A stretch of 63,415 nucleotides of DNA, counting the filler, from Octopus bimaculoides (Eukaryota), in assembly GCF_001194135.2 (NCBI RefSeq). It is 7 parts of 7 records of this genome, joined end to end, with 100 filler letters (N's around TTAATTAATTAA, not from the genome) between each part and the next. Parts side by side here need not be neighbours in the genome. Positions count along the whole stretch, not along the records: positions 51,547 to 57,356 come from NC_068991.1; positions 57,457 to 60,295 come from NC_068999.1; positions 60,396 to 62,257 come from NW_026439395.1; positions 62,358 to 63,415 come from NW_026402192.1; 3 more parts are not named here. The stretch is one strand, 5' to 3'. The notes beneath the pieces were generated by a model, which saw nothing but the letters and a program-made list of their open reading frames with translations, ran no database searches and was not told the origin of the DNA. Made by a program: the position numbers and the translations under genes. Shown here piece by piece: positions 52,381 to 63,415 of this stretch (positions within the stretch are counted from its first letter, which is position 1; every line of letters begins with the position of its first letter).

Positions 52381-53273
52381 TCTCCCACTTAGTCCTTAAA
52401 AGCATATAAAAATAAACACATACACGCAGATATAACTGCAATATCAACTGTACTGAGTTGAATATCACCGTCAGAATGTGCAGGAGAGCAGCACTTGCCT
52501 GCTCTGACTTATCTATCCCGCTCACCCGCGCTGTAGTCTTTATATAAATCTACGAGTATACAGGAATGATCTGGGAAATCGAAAAAGCAGTGTGTCCCGG
52601 ATTCTCATGTCGCACCTCATACAATATAACACTGTTGCATACACGCAATATAACAATGCATGTCGGAGTATTCAGTGTTGTACGTGTTTAGACGGAAAGA
52701 CGATACAACTGGAAAGAACAATTTTTGATATATAAGCGTGTAATAGGACTGCTCGATGAGGACTAACTTGGGACAACACAAAACGACTACATTGAGGACT
52801 TCGATAAGCCAACCAGCTTTATGTGTCTGAACAAATTCAGGTTGCACAGTTTATATGTAGAAACATCAATGGATTCAGATAATCGATTCAGAACAACATG
52901 CGTTATTGAGAGAGATATTTATTTTTAGCTGGTCACTCGATCTGCTAAATGTAGAACAACAGTGGCGGTGGAGTAGAGCTGGATGTGCAGACCACACGGG
53001 GCAGTCACTTTCTATACGTGTGTTTGTTGTAGTCGGAGGTATGTTACATTTAAGGAAGAATGTGGTTACTGCACAGGGGTGGAGTGGGGGTGCAGATCTC
53101 AAGCTATGCCACAAAGTACACACCCCAAAGTACATACTATTGTCCGAGAGAGAGAAAAAATGGATATTGGATAAGGTAAACCGAAATATGTGATCGCTGA
53201 AAAGATGGATACTTGTGCTTGATCACAAATCTCAATCAGGAATACCTTGAGTCAAAGCATCAATAACAACGAA

Positions 53274-53332
<59 letters not shown>

Positions 53333-54186
53333 AGAGGGNNNNNNNNNNNNNNNNNNNNNNNNNNNNNNNNNNNNNNNNNNNNNNNNNNNNNNNNNNNNNN
53401 NNNNNNNNNNNNNNNNNNNNNNNNNNNNNNNNNNNNNNNNNNNNNNNNNNNNNNNNNNNNNNNNNNNNNNNNNNNNNNNNNNNNNNNNNNNNNNNNNNNN
53501 NNNNNNNNNNNNNNNNNNNNNNNNNNNNNNNNNNNNNNNNNNNNNNNNNNNNNNNNNNNNNNNNNNNNNNNNNNNNNNNNNNNNNNNNNNNNNNNNNNNN
53601 NNNNNNNNNNNNNNNNNNNNNNNNNNNNNNNNNNNNNNNNNNNNNNNNNNNNNNNNNNNNNNNNNNNNNNNNNNNNNNNNNNNNNNNNNNNNNNNNNNNN
53701 NNNNNNNNNNNNNNNNNNNNNNNNNNNNNNNNNNNNNNNNNNNNNNNNNNNNNNNNNNNNNNNNNNNNNNNNNNNNNNNNNNNNNNNNNNNNNNNNNNNN
53801 NNNNNNNNNNNNNNNNNNNNNNNNNNNNNNNNNNNNNNNNNNNNNNNNNNNNNNNNNNNNNNNNNNNNNNNNNNNNNNNNNNNNNNNNNNNNNNNNNNNN
53901 NNNNNNNNNNNNNNNNNNNNNNNNNNNNNNNNNNNNNNNNNNNNNNNNNNNNNNNNNNNNNNNNNNNNNNNNNNNNNNNNNNNNNNNNNNNNNNNNNNNN
54001 NNNNNNNNNNNNNNNNNNNNNNNNNNNNNNNNNNNNNNNNNNNNNNNNNNNNNNNNNNNNNNNNNNNNNNNNNNNNNNNNNNNNNNNNNNNNNNNNNNNN
54101 NNNNNNNNNNNNNNNNNNNNNNNNNNNNNNNNNNNNNAATAATAATAATAATAGTAATAATGATAATGATGATGATGATGATGATG

Positions 54187-54268
<82 letters not shown>

Positions 54269-54398
54269 AGAGGGAAGCAGATATATTTCATTCTTCTATA
54301 TTTCAGATATATATTTCAGACTTATCTGTAAAGTTAATTTGTTGAAATTTTCGTCAAAAAGAAATGCAGAGAAAATTTTTTCGAAATAAATTCAACGT

Positions 54399-54404
54399 AC
54401 TTAC
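54399..54404 (-). other. Splice donor GTAAGT (phase 1) ending the SLC46 exon
   Basis: Minus strand reads CAA CTT TAT TTA G|GTAAGTACG, a perfect consensus donor where protein homology stops. Confidence 0.88.
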
Positions 54405-55554
54405 CTAAATAAAGTTGCCAATCTTCAGTGCTGAAAGCTTTGACAAAAGACCGACCGATAAAAAACAGCAGTGAAAAACTTGCTATGAACGCTTCAGGTA
54501 AACAACATTGCATCAACCTCATGAAAATCACTGTTATGACTGGTATTACAAATGACGCGACTGCTCCATAGTTTCCAATCTTTACAGAATCCCAACAGAA
54601 AGGCGAATTTAGGACATAGAGTGTATCAATATCAAATTCTCCAATAACGCTTTGTGACAATGCTGCAAAAGCTAACAAACAAAGCCAGAACTTCAATTTG
54701 TTGGGTTTAGGTTTATTTTTGCTACCAACATAAAATGTTAGCGTTCTGAGAATGCTTTTCTTTGGTGAAAGATCTGAAAAAGTTCCCTTTTTCACGGTTT
54801 CTGGAACAATAAGTATGAAGATAATCGAACTGAATATTGAGAGACATGTAGCAAATACAAGCGGCCAAAAGAATCCTGTTGCACGAATGAAATAACCGGC
54901 AGACAAATTTGCCAATCCATAACAAACATGGAAAATACTATCTGATGCTACAAGAAAGAATGACCGCTTTTCGTTCTTTGGTGTAATGTCTGCTGTATAG
55001 GCATATGTTACCAAAATAGACAAAAAATAACTCCCAGAAAAACCTTCTGTCACGTATCCTAATATCAAATATTCTGTACGGAGGTGAAGTTTCATCACAA
55101 TACCATATATAACGTATTTTATCATGCGTCCGATTGCATTGAGAAGAAATATTGTTTTTCTTCCAAGAACATCGGTCCATGATCCAGCGATAAGGACCGT
55201 AATGATGCTTGGTATTCCATAACATAGAGAAAACCATTGCAGCCATTGTGCATTGATAGCTTGGACTTGCTGTTGGATGGCATAACCAGGCAAAGATTTA
55301 TTAACGAAGCAGTGGCCTAGGCGTAAGTGATCGTCATCACTGGAATCGATTGTGATGTTCGATTCTTCGAGGTACTCCTTATTGATTTTTGCATAAAGGA
55401 ATTGCGTTATCACAGGATAACCGATCGCCGAGGCGCACGACTGGAGTATATGAACGACAAAATACATATAATGACGCCAGCTGACATTCTCCACTAAAGA
55501 TTCTGATCTCTGTAGTTGTTTCTTGGAAGCAGCACCATTTTCTTCTGTAGCCAT
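54405..55554 (-). CDS. First coding exon (383 codons + 1 nt) of an SLC46-family MFS transporter (proton-coupled folate transporter / SLC46A3-like); downstream exons not found in window
   Basis: Uninterrupted ORF from ATG at 55554 with multiple hydrophobic helices. It has the MFS motif A GSWTDVLGRK (human PCFT GAWSDSVGRR), AYTADIT (PCFT ASVADVS) and LYVLNSPFCWDSVKIG (PCFT LYELSTPLCWDSKLIG), plus loop-1 Cys and N-glycosylation sequons NIT/NKS. Homology ends at WQLYLG, exactly at a G|GTAAGT donor; the last 22 aa of the track ORF are intron read-through. Human motifs are quoted from memory. Confidence 0.93.
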
Positions 55555-55924
55555 TGTGTCTTAGAGTAGACTTATTAAAGTTATATTCAGTATTTAACTT
55601 GTTTTCATTTAGCTTTGATAGGTGTCTGCTTGTTGGCCGATATGACTTCCGTTATATACATATGTATGCATGCATGCATGTATGTATGTATGTATGTATG
55701 TATATCTTCACATATATGCATGCATATATGTATATACGTGTGTGTGAGAGAGACAGAGAGAGACACAGACAGACAGACAGACAGACAGTAGATAAAGGAT
55801 ATAGTAATATGTACATATTCATGTCTTGTCATCAATACATATACACACAAAAATATATACATACATATATTCATGCATACACATACACACACACATCTGT
55901 ACAGACACTCCGAGCACACATCCC

Positions 55925-55962
<38 letters not shown>

Positions 55963-56138
55963 CTCTCTCTATCTATCTATCTCTATCTCTCTCTCACACA
56001 CACACATGCATACATACATACATGCATACATACATACATGCATACATACATACATACACACACATACATGCATATCTACATACATGCATACATACATATA
56101 TACATAAACACACACACGCACGCACGCACGCGCACACA

Positions 56139-56185
<47 letters not shown>

Positions 56186-56699
56186 GCGCGCGCGCTCATG
56201 CATGCATAGATACATAGAAGATATGTAATCAGAGTATTAATCANNNNNNNNNNNNNNNNNNNNNNNNNNNNNNNNNNNNNNNNNNNNNNNNNNNNNNNNN
56301 NNNNNNNNNNNNNNNNNNNNNNNNNNNNNNNNNNNNNNNNNNNNNNNNNNNNNNNNNNNNNNNNNNNNNNNNNNNNNNNNNNNNNNNNNNNNNNNNNNNN
56401 NNNNNNNNNNNNNNNNNGTATGTAGAAACAAGTTGGACTTGAATTTCTGGGTTTTCCCACTTCTGCTTAGAAAACCAACCATTTCATAAATCAACCAATA
56501 AGATAGTAATTCGATTGATATTTTGGAAAAGACCAGGATTTTGAATACTATTAATAGAAATTGGTTTGAATGGTACAACTATGTGACCCTTACACTCCAC
56601 CCTTTCATACAAATTTTGGAACGTTAAGTGTTATATTTCACCTTTTGTGTTCTTGCTCGATAAAGCTTTTTCCCCCGTCTCCCTTTCTTTGCATATTCT

Positions 56700-56910
56700 T
56701 TTATTCTTTTACTTGTTTCAGTCATTTGACTGCGGCCATGCTGGGACATCACCTTGAAGGGTTTTTAGTTGAGGATATCGACCCCAGGACTTATTCTTTG
56801 TAAGCCCAGTTCTTATTCTTCGGTCTCTTTTGCCGAACTACTAAGTTACGAGGATGTAAACACACCAACATCGGTTGTCAAGTGATGGTGGGGGACAAAC
56901 ACAAACACAA
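56700..56910 (-). mobile_element. SINE family B 3' half
   Basis: CAGTCATTTGACTGCGGCCATGCTGG..GACCCCAGGACTTATTC..GGGGGACAAAC. Confidence 0.8.
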
Positions 56911-57005
56911 GGACACACTCATAAATATATACATCAATACACACACACATATATATATACATACATACATATACATGTGTGTGTATGTATGTATGTATGT
57001 ATGTA

Positions 57006-57027
57006 TCTATATATATAAAAATGAGAA

Positions 57028-57058
<31 letters not shown>

Positions 57059-57340
57059 GTGAATCCCTAAAACTCGAGAACTACGCAACCAATTTCATTC
57101 AAATTTTACACATGCCTTACTTAGGGTTCCAGTTGTGTTTTAGTCCAAAAAAGTTATTAACTTCTTGCAGAGTTCGAGCACACGGCAACATAATATCTCC
57201 TCCACTATTTAAGTATTACGTTTCAAAAGTGAAACAAAAACACTCATGTCAAATACTTTCACTTTAAAAATGAAACTATTCCACTAACTGAAACAATCAC
57301 ATTTCGATACTGTAGTGACACATACTTTCACAGAGAGAGA
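57006..57340 (+). mobile_element. Non-autonomous Helitron-like (DINE/HINE-like) element, 5' part
   Basis: A|TCTATATATATAAAAATGAGAATG followed by (TCTG)n and AACTACGCAACCAATTTCATTCAAATTTTACAC, an architecture typical of such elements; it is cut by the segment end. Confidence 0.6.
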
Positions 57341-57356
57341 AAGAGAGAAAGAGAGA

Positions 57357-57456
57357 NNNNNNNNNNNNNNNNNNNNNNNNNNNNNNNNNNNNNNNNNNNN
57401 TTAATTAATTAANNNNNNNNNNNNNNNNNNNNNNNNNNNNNNNNNNNNNNNNNNNN
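57357..57456. other. Artificial 100-bp assembly spacer
   Basis: 44 N + TTAATTAATTAA + 44 N. Confidence 0.95.
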
Positions 57457-57493
<37 letters not shown>

Positions 57494-57564
57494 CAATGTA
57501 TGTGTGTGTATGTATATATATATATATAGCAATGTGTGTGTGTATATATGTAGCAATGTATTTG

Positions 57565-57600
<36 letters not shown>

Positions 57601-58230
57601 AATGTATGTGTGTGTGTGTATATGATTATATTTAATTATACAGATACTGACTTGGCTCGTATGTATTTATATGCGTGATTAACTGGCACAATCTATACAC
57701 TCAATTTTTCCCCTATTCTTTAAAATATATATGCATGTACTTATGCTACGCGCAACTTGCTTTATTTATATATATATATATATATATAAACATGAATGCA
57801 TACATACAATACAAAATAGGAATGTGTATCTACCAAAAAATGGCTATATGTATACATTTATATTCACACATTTTGTGTTTGTTCGATTAATGGGTAAAAT
57901 CTACACACTTCCTTATTCTTTCGTTTACACGCATTATACAAACTATACACTGGAGGTGATGTACAGGAATTATATCATAGAAAAAAAATTAAGGTACTCA
58001 GAAATCTGGATGGTTGTACATTTACAGATTTTTATTAATAATTATATATATACATATATATTTATATATATGCACACACACACACACACGGATGTATACT
58101 TGTATGAATGCATTGTTCTAATATCTATATTTGAAAGATCGTCTATATTTGTATATACACACTTCGATTTATATATATATATATATATATGATTTAATAT
58201 GTATACACCGATTTTCCTCTTTATACAACA

Positions 58231-58271
<41 letters not shown>

Positions 58272-59199
58272 GTACACACGTATGTAAATATACATACACG
58301 CTTCGTGTATCTATAACACTGAATGTGCATAGACAAAGTAACGTGTGTGTGTATGTTGATACACACACACACACACACATATATATATANNNNNNNNNNN
58401 NNNNNNNNNNNNNNNNNNNNNNNNNNNNNNNNNNNNNNNNNNNNNNNNNNNNNNNNNNNNNNNNNNNNNNNNNNNNNNNNNNNNNNNNNCACCCCTCTCC
58501 ACCACAACACATAGCTCGTCACAGCCCAAACACCACAAAAACACCCTGAAAGTGATGCGGCATACCAGCAAATAGTTTTTACACTATTTATATATAGTAA
58601 TAGACTGGCGATTCAATTTGTCTCCAGTCCGATTCAAGTATGTGAAGTTGATAAACCACAAAAATTGCTAAATATCGGTATTCGTCATTCCTGAATGGGA
58701 TCTACTGCGAGTTGTCTCGCCTGTCTATGACTACGGCTGTATAATCTGGATGACCCACTGGGATTTCGCGAAGTCCACGTTAGCGCATTTGGGAAATTGA
58801 GGTGGAACCTGTCTGGTAGTTGGAAATATCTGAAACATTCTGCACGTATTCATTCAGTGTCCGGGTATTGTTGACTTGTGAAGTTATGTCGGTAAAGGAC
58901 GCTGACAGAATAAAATCACTAGGTTTAAAATAGTTCTAGGATTGATTCGTTCCACTGAAATTCTTCAAGGCGGCGCTTCACCATGGCCACAGTTTAGTGA
59001 CTGAAACAAATAAAAGACACCGCTAATTTGAGACCTTCACAGTCAACTTACAAAAGACGAATAGACAAGGACACAGTTACTGGAAGATGAACGTATCCTT
59101 CCCAGTCCAGATTTCAGCGATTGGATAGGTATATTTGTAAAGAAGGAATGAACAGGAGCTATCAGCTACAATAGGTTGTGGATTTCATTAAAAAGAAAA

Positions 59200-60295
59200 A
59201 TTGGAGAAGCATGTTACTATAACAAAGAGATAGCTGTAGAGAATAACAGAATAGAAAACAAAATGAAGAGACGTCGAAAACGGCGAACAAGCAGCAAGAA
59301 TGACTTTCGACGCGAAATAGGAGGGTTGTGTTGTCTGAGGTACAGAGTGTGCATTGAAACATGAAGATACAAAAGTCATTTGTTGGACCTGTGTGGCAAC
59401 AAAGCTAGAATTCAGTTTATGGAGGACTGCAGCGGATGTGTGCACTCCGACTGCAAGCAAATGAACGCGGTGTTTCGGCAGCACTTCACCGAATTGTTTT
59501 CGAGAAGAGGTGGACTTGAGATAGCAGGGTTTGAAGCCTAACTTGATGGTTTGCAGCAAGTATGGTCCAGAAAGACTGAGTGTTGCGAGAATCCAATTTC
59601 AATCGAAGGAGTGATGGATGTACTGAGCTGCTGTATGGGGAGAAAATGGCCGAGATCGGACGGGCTGCATCAAGAACTATATTTCCACACACCTAACTTG
59701 TTCGCTACTGTCCTGGCAGCCGGTTACACAAGCTGGCAATAGACTGGGACCATTTCCAGTTAAATAAACCAAGGTATTATGATACTGCAGAGAAAGGATC
59801 CGATCAAAGGAGACGTGATAGAAAATTTCAGGTTCATAATTCTGCAAAGGTGCTGGCCAAGAAACTGGTGCTTGTTGTCAGTTGGAGGCGCCTCGGTGTT
59901 GTACTACTGCCTGATCGTCGTATCTTGACCCAAGAAACATCTGACCAGATTGAAAATCTTGCTTTTCTGCTTCTTACGGAAGGGACGGATTCTGCCAGTC
60001 AGGAAATCCATCTGTTGTGGTCTCAATATACCCTCCCTGATGGATGATGCACTGGCATCCGCTGAAATATCTACATCATTTCGATGATATCGACGATGTC
60101 TAAAACAAGGATGAATTGGTGGGAGTGTTTTTCGTGTGACACGTCTTTCCATTGCTCACAGCACTCAATCAACTGAACAAGCCTATCAGTGGGAAAATAA
60201 CTCTAGATTTCTATAGAGGGTTCGACGAGGATATGAGCGGTGACGGCCTGGGATTGGCTGTGGGCATCGATGAGAAAAGTCTTGAGTTGTATTTT
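59200..60295 (+). mobile_element. Tx1/L1-clade LINE ORF2 fragments, degraded and internally deleted
   Basis: FRQHFTELF..CENPISIEGV..GRKWPRSDGLHQELY..QGIMILQRKDPIKGDVIENFR (degenerate KSPGLDGL..FY and ..NFRPI). Further on: RLKILLFCFLRKGR..VRKSICC and ISGKITLDFYRG. Confidence 0.75.
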
Positions 60296-60395
60296 NNNNN
60301 NNNNNNNNNNNNNNNNNNNNNNNNNNNNNNNNNNNNNNNTTAATTAATTAANNNNNNNNNNNNNNNNNNNNNNNNNNNNNNNNNNNNNNNNNNNN
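60296..60395. other. Artificial 100-bp assembly spacer
   Basis: 44 N + TTAATTAATTAA + 44 N. Confidence 0.95.
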
Positions 60396-60445
60396 CTGTG
60401 GTAATATTATTGCAAAGACCGACCATTCAGGTTAGTGACTATATA

Positions 60446-61846
60446 CAGGGTGATTCGTAAGTAACTCCCTATTCTAAAAGACCTATAATTTATTCAAATG
60501 CTGTAATATGTTTCTCAATTTTTGTGTGTATGTTACTTAACGTGTGGCAATTAAATCTATGCTTTTGTTTTCTTTTCAGATCTGTTATATGAATTTGGTT
60601 TTTAATCTCGTTAATTTGTTTGAAATTTCAAAGCTCTACAAAAATGGCTGGACGTCTTACTGCCCAGATAGCTGCACATTACGAAGTTTGGAGATCCATT
60701 GTTCAAGTGCAAAGATGGTGGAGAACCATTAAAGGAAGACATGCTCAAATTGAGCCAAAGACAATGAAGAATTGCCATGCAAAACTCATGACTACAGGAT
60801 CTGTGACTGATACTCAAAGAAGCGGTGGCCCTTCCAAGGTCCAAAGACGCTGACGTAGTGCAAGTTGTTCAAAAAATGTTTACCCGTAGCCCGCAAAAGT
60901 CAATTCGACAAGCAGCAAGAGAAAGTGGGTTCTCGTTTCGCTGTGTACGTAATGTGCTTAAAAATGAGCTTAAATGGCGTGCTTGGAAGCCACACTACTG
61001 CCAAGCACTCTCTGCCGAAGNNNNNNNNNNNNNNNNNNNNNNNNNNNNNNNNNNNNNNNNNNNNNNNNNNNNNNNNNNNNNNNNNNNNNNNNNNNNNNNN
61101 NNNNNNNNNNNNNNNNNNNNNNNNNNNNNTCTCTTAAAAAATATTCTCTGGAGTGATGAAGCTGTATTCCACATAGGTGCGTTTGTAAACCGTCATAACT
61201 GCCACTACTGAGCGGGAGAAGATCCTCATGTTACCAGTGAAAAAATGCAGAATCAACCCAAGATAACGGTATGGTGTGGAATGACTTCGGACAGGATTGT
61301 GGGTCCCTTCATCCTTCATGATACCATGAACACCGAAAGGTACCTCACTATGTTGAGAGATGAAGTTTGGCCAATTATCAGTGTTTGGGACAATATTGAA
61401 GATTTAATTTTCATGCAAGATGGTGCTCCTCCACACTTTGCTATTATTGTTCGAGAATGGCTGAATGCCCAATTCCTGGAATATGGATGGGTCGTCGTGG
61501 TTCATATGAATGGCCAGCCAGAAGTCCTGACTTAACACCCTGCGACTTTTTTCTTTGGGGTTGGTTGAAAGAACAAGTCTACTCAACCAAACCAAGAAAT
61601 CTGGAAGAACTTGAAGGGAGAATACGTGAAGTTATTAGTTCCATCCCACAAGAGTTTCTTGTGAAATCAGTTGATGCGGTTCATGGTCGACTTGAAAAGC
61701 TGGTGGCAAATGATGGTGTCCATATTGAATTTCAAATAAAAGTCCATGTAATATACTTTCTTCTCATATTCATTAATTGGAGAAATTATACTTCAAAAAT
61801 ATATTATAGTTATTTTAGAATAGGGAGTTACTTTCGGATCACCCTG
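60446..61846 (+). mobile_element. Near full-length Tc1/mariner DNA transposon, DD41D (rosa/Visitor) type, with inactivated transposase
   Basis: TIRs: CAGGGTGATTCGTAAGTAACTCCCTATTCTAAAA (60446-60479) vs 61813-61846, 2 mismatches in 34 bp, with TA on the left. Transposase pieces: N-terminal HTH (AHYEVWRSIVQVQRWW..TGSVTD..RSG), WSDEA, VWCG, FMQDGAPPH, WPARSPDLTPCDFFLWG. There are 41 residues between the 2nd and 3rd Asp after repairing a 1-nt deletion near 61478. Two frameshifts, one TGA and a gap (61021-61129) are present. Confidence 0.9.
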
Positions 61847-62257
61847 AATATGTATGTGTGTATGTATAGTTCAGCAGAATCAACCTCAGGTTGTTGCAGC
61901 ATTATTAAAAAAACCGACCAAATCAGGTTAGTGACTATATATATGGGTGTGTAAAGTTCAGAGGAAATGGTTATAAAAGAAACTATAAATACCGATCGGT
62001 TTTCGTTACTCATTTTATACTGTTCGTTCATTATAAGAAATTTGTCTGTAACTTCGACCACTTTCATTTTCTACAAACCTTTAAAAAATAAACATACTGT
62101 TTGTCTCAGTCATTTGACTGCGGCCATGCTGGAAAACATATACACACACATACATATATACAATGGGCTTTCAGTTTCCCAGCATACACCTCTCTCTCTA
62201 GAGAGATAGAGAGAGAGAAAGCGAGAGATAAGTGACGTGTTTTTAAGAGAGTGTGAA

Positions 62258-62357
62258 NNNNNNNNNNNNNNNNNNNNNNNNNNNNNNNNNNNNNNNNNNN
62301 NTTAATTAATTAANNNNNNNNNNNNNNNNNNNNNNNNNNNNNNNNNNNNNNNNNNNN
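62258..62357. other. Artificial 100-bp assembly spacer
   Basis: 44 N + TTAATTAATTAA + 44 N. Confidence 0.95.
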
Positions 62358-63415
62358 TTTCAAATATTAGCACTACTGCAACCACGTAAGCGACCAACTC
62401 GACAAGTTTGACAACAAATAATAAATGCTTCAGAAAAGTTAAGTCTTGTTGTGTTTTGGAACGGCTACTATGTGTCTTTCACGATGTAATATCTTTAGTT
62501 CCAGCAGACAATCTAGAGCTCAGTCACTTTCCAGTTGAATACTTCTTCGAAATTGCCAGCTTACATACCTGACCAGCATATCTTCGAAACTACTATTGTA
62601 ATTTACTGCTAACACACACTATTAATATACGATAAACTAACATCCTTGAAAAAGCTTCATATGTTGAGCTTTCTCTACACAATCTATATTTCAACCGCGA
62701 GGTCTTTAATTCAAAGTAGTTCGCATGATGGTCCCGAGCACAACAAAGCACCACCTTCTCCAAATTTTATGTTCTACGTCTTTTGTAAGATACCTCTTCA
62801 TGTCGAGTATGTAGCTTTTCTGTTTAGTTTTTCAGTATACATAAGATTTCAGTTTGGCTGATCAACTGGAGGTTAGCTACTTTACCATGGGTATCTGTTT
62901 AGAAACAGATATATAAGTACGGAGTTTGAAATGCCAAACAGATTCCATATAGGGTAATGATGTAATGATGCAATGATTATACGAATAATGACAATAACAT
63001 CATCACCCATTCATCTTAGTTCTATTTCTTATTTGAACAGCAAATTCTCTAAAAAGACTTTTGAGAAACTTCGTCTTATATATGAGAGCATATCGTTCCG
63101 TTTGACATTCGGTTATCAGTAGAAGTAACCTCTATAGCTATCTAGCACCCAAGGTCTCCTCCCTTCTTGTTTTGCTGAATGCTTTTAGCAATCTCTTGCA
63201 TGCTTTTAGCAATGCCACATGTTAAGATAACTTCTGTAAAACATTAACCTCAAATCAAATTCAAAGCCAAATTTTAAAGACGGAAACAACATACCCAAAG
63301 TGCGTTTACATTATATTTACGCTGCATTATGGAGTAGAATATTCTAATCGGTAATTTGAATAAAAAGTTCATGTTATATAAATATATTTCAATTCATATA
63401 CGCACATGATTTTCT

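Noticed and set aside
53247-54389. ORFs of 200-380 aa spanning N-runs (here and at about 3.1k, 16.6k, 22.5k, 30.3k, 31.4k)
   Set aside because: Their length is produced by unknown bases translated as X.
54334-54404. C-terminal KYVEFISKKFSLHFFLTKISTN of the 406-aa ORF
   Set aside because: Intron read-through after the GTAAGT donor; a complete SLC46 protein needs two more helices.

Overview
This is animal genomic DNA: AT-rich, saturated with microsatellites and heavily gapped. The SINE families and repeat landscape match what I recall for Octopus (coleoid cephalopod); this is an inference, not a database result. Six identical 100-bp artificial spacers (44 N + TTAATTAATTAA + 44 N) split the window into seven segments whose adjacency is unproven. 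Only one host gene is supported: a 1150-nt coding exon of an SLC46-family (PCFT/SLC46A3-like) MFS transporter on the minus strand (55554-54405), ending at a GTAAGT donor. Its remaining exons were not found. The rest is transposon debris: R4/Dong-clade RLE retrotransposon pieces abutting (TAA)n, two Penelope-like lineages, Tx1/L1 and CR1/L2-like LINE fragments, a nearly complete DD41D (rosa/Visitor) Tc1/mariner, several mariner/Tigger/TIR MITEs, a Helitron-like element and many tRNA-derived SINEs. Almost all ORFs in the supplied track are translated microsatellites or N-runs. I see no CRISPR, rRNA or genuine tRNA genes and no firmly supported new multi-gene system. The best novelty candidate is a Pol III tRNA-like head plus a degenerate minimal hammerhead ribozyme directly behind a Penelope GIY-YIG end (44453-44670). 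SINE and degenerate-fragment boundaries are approximate.
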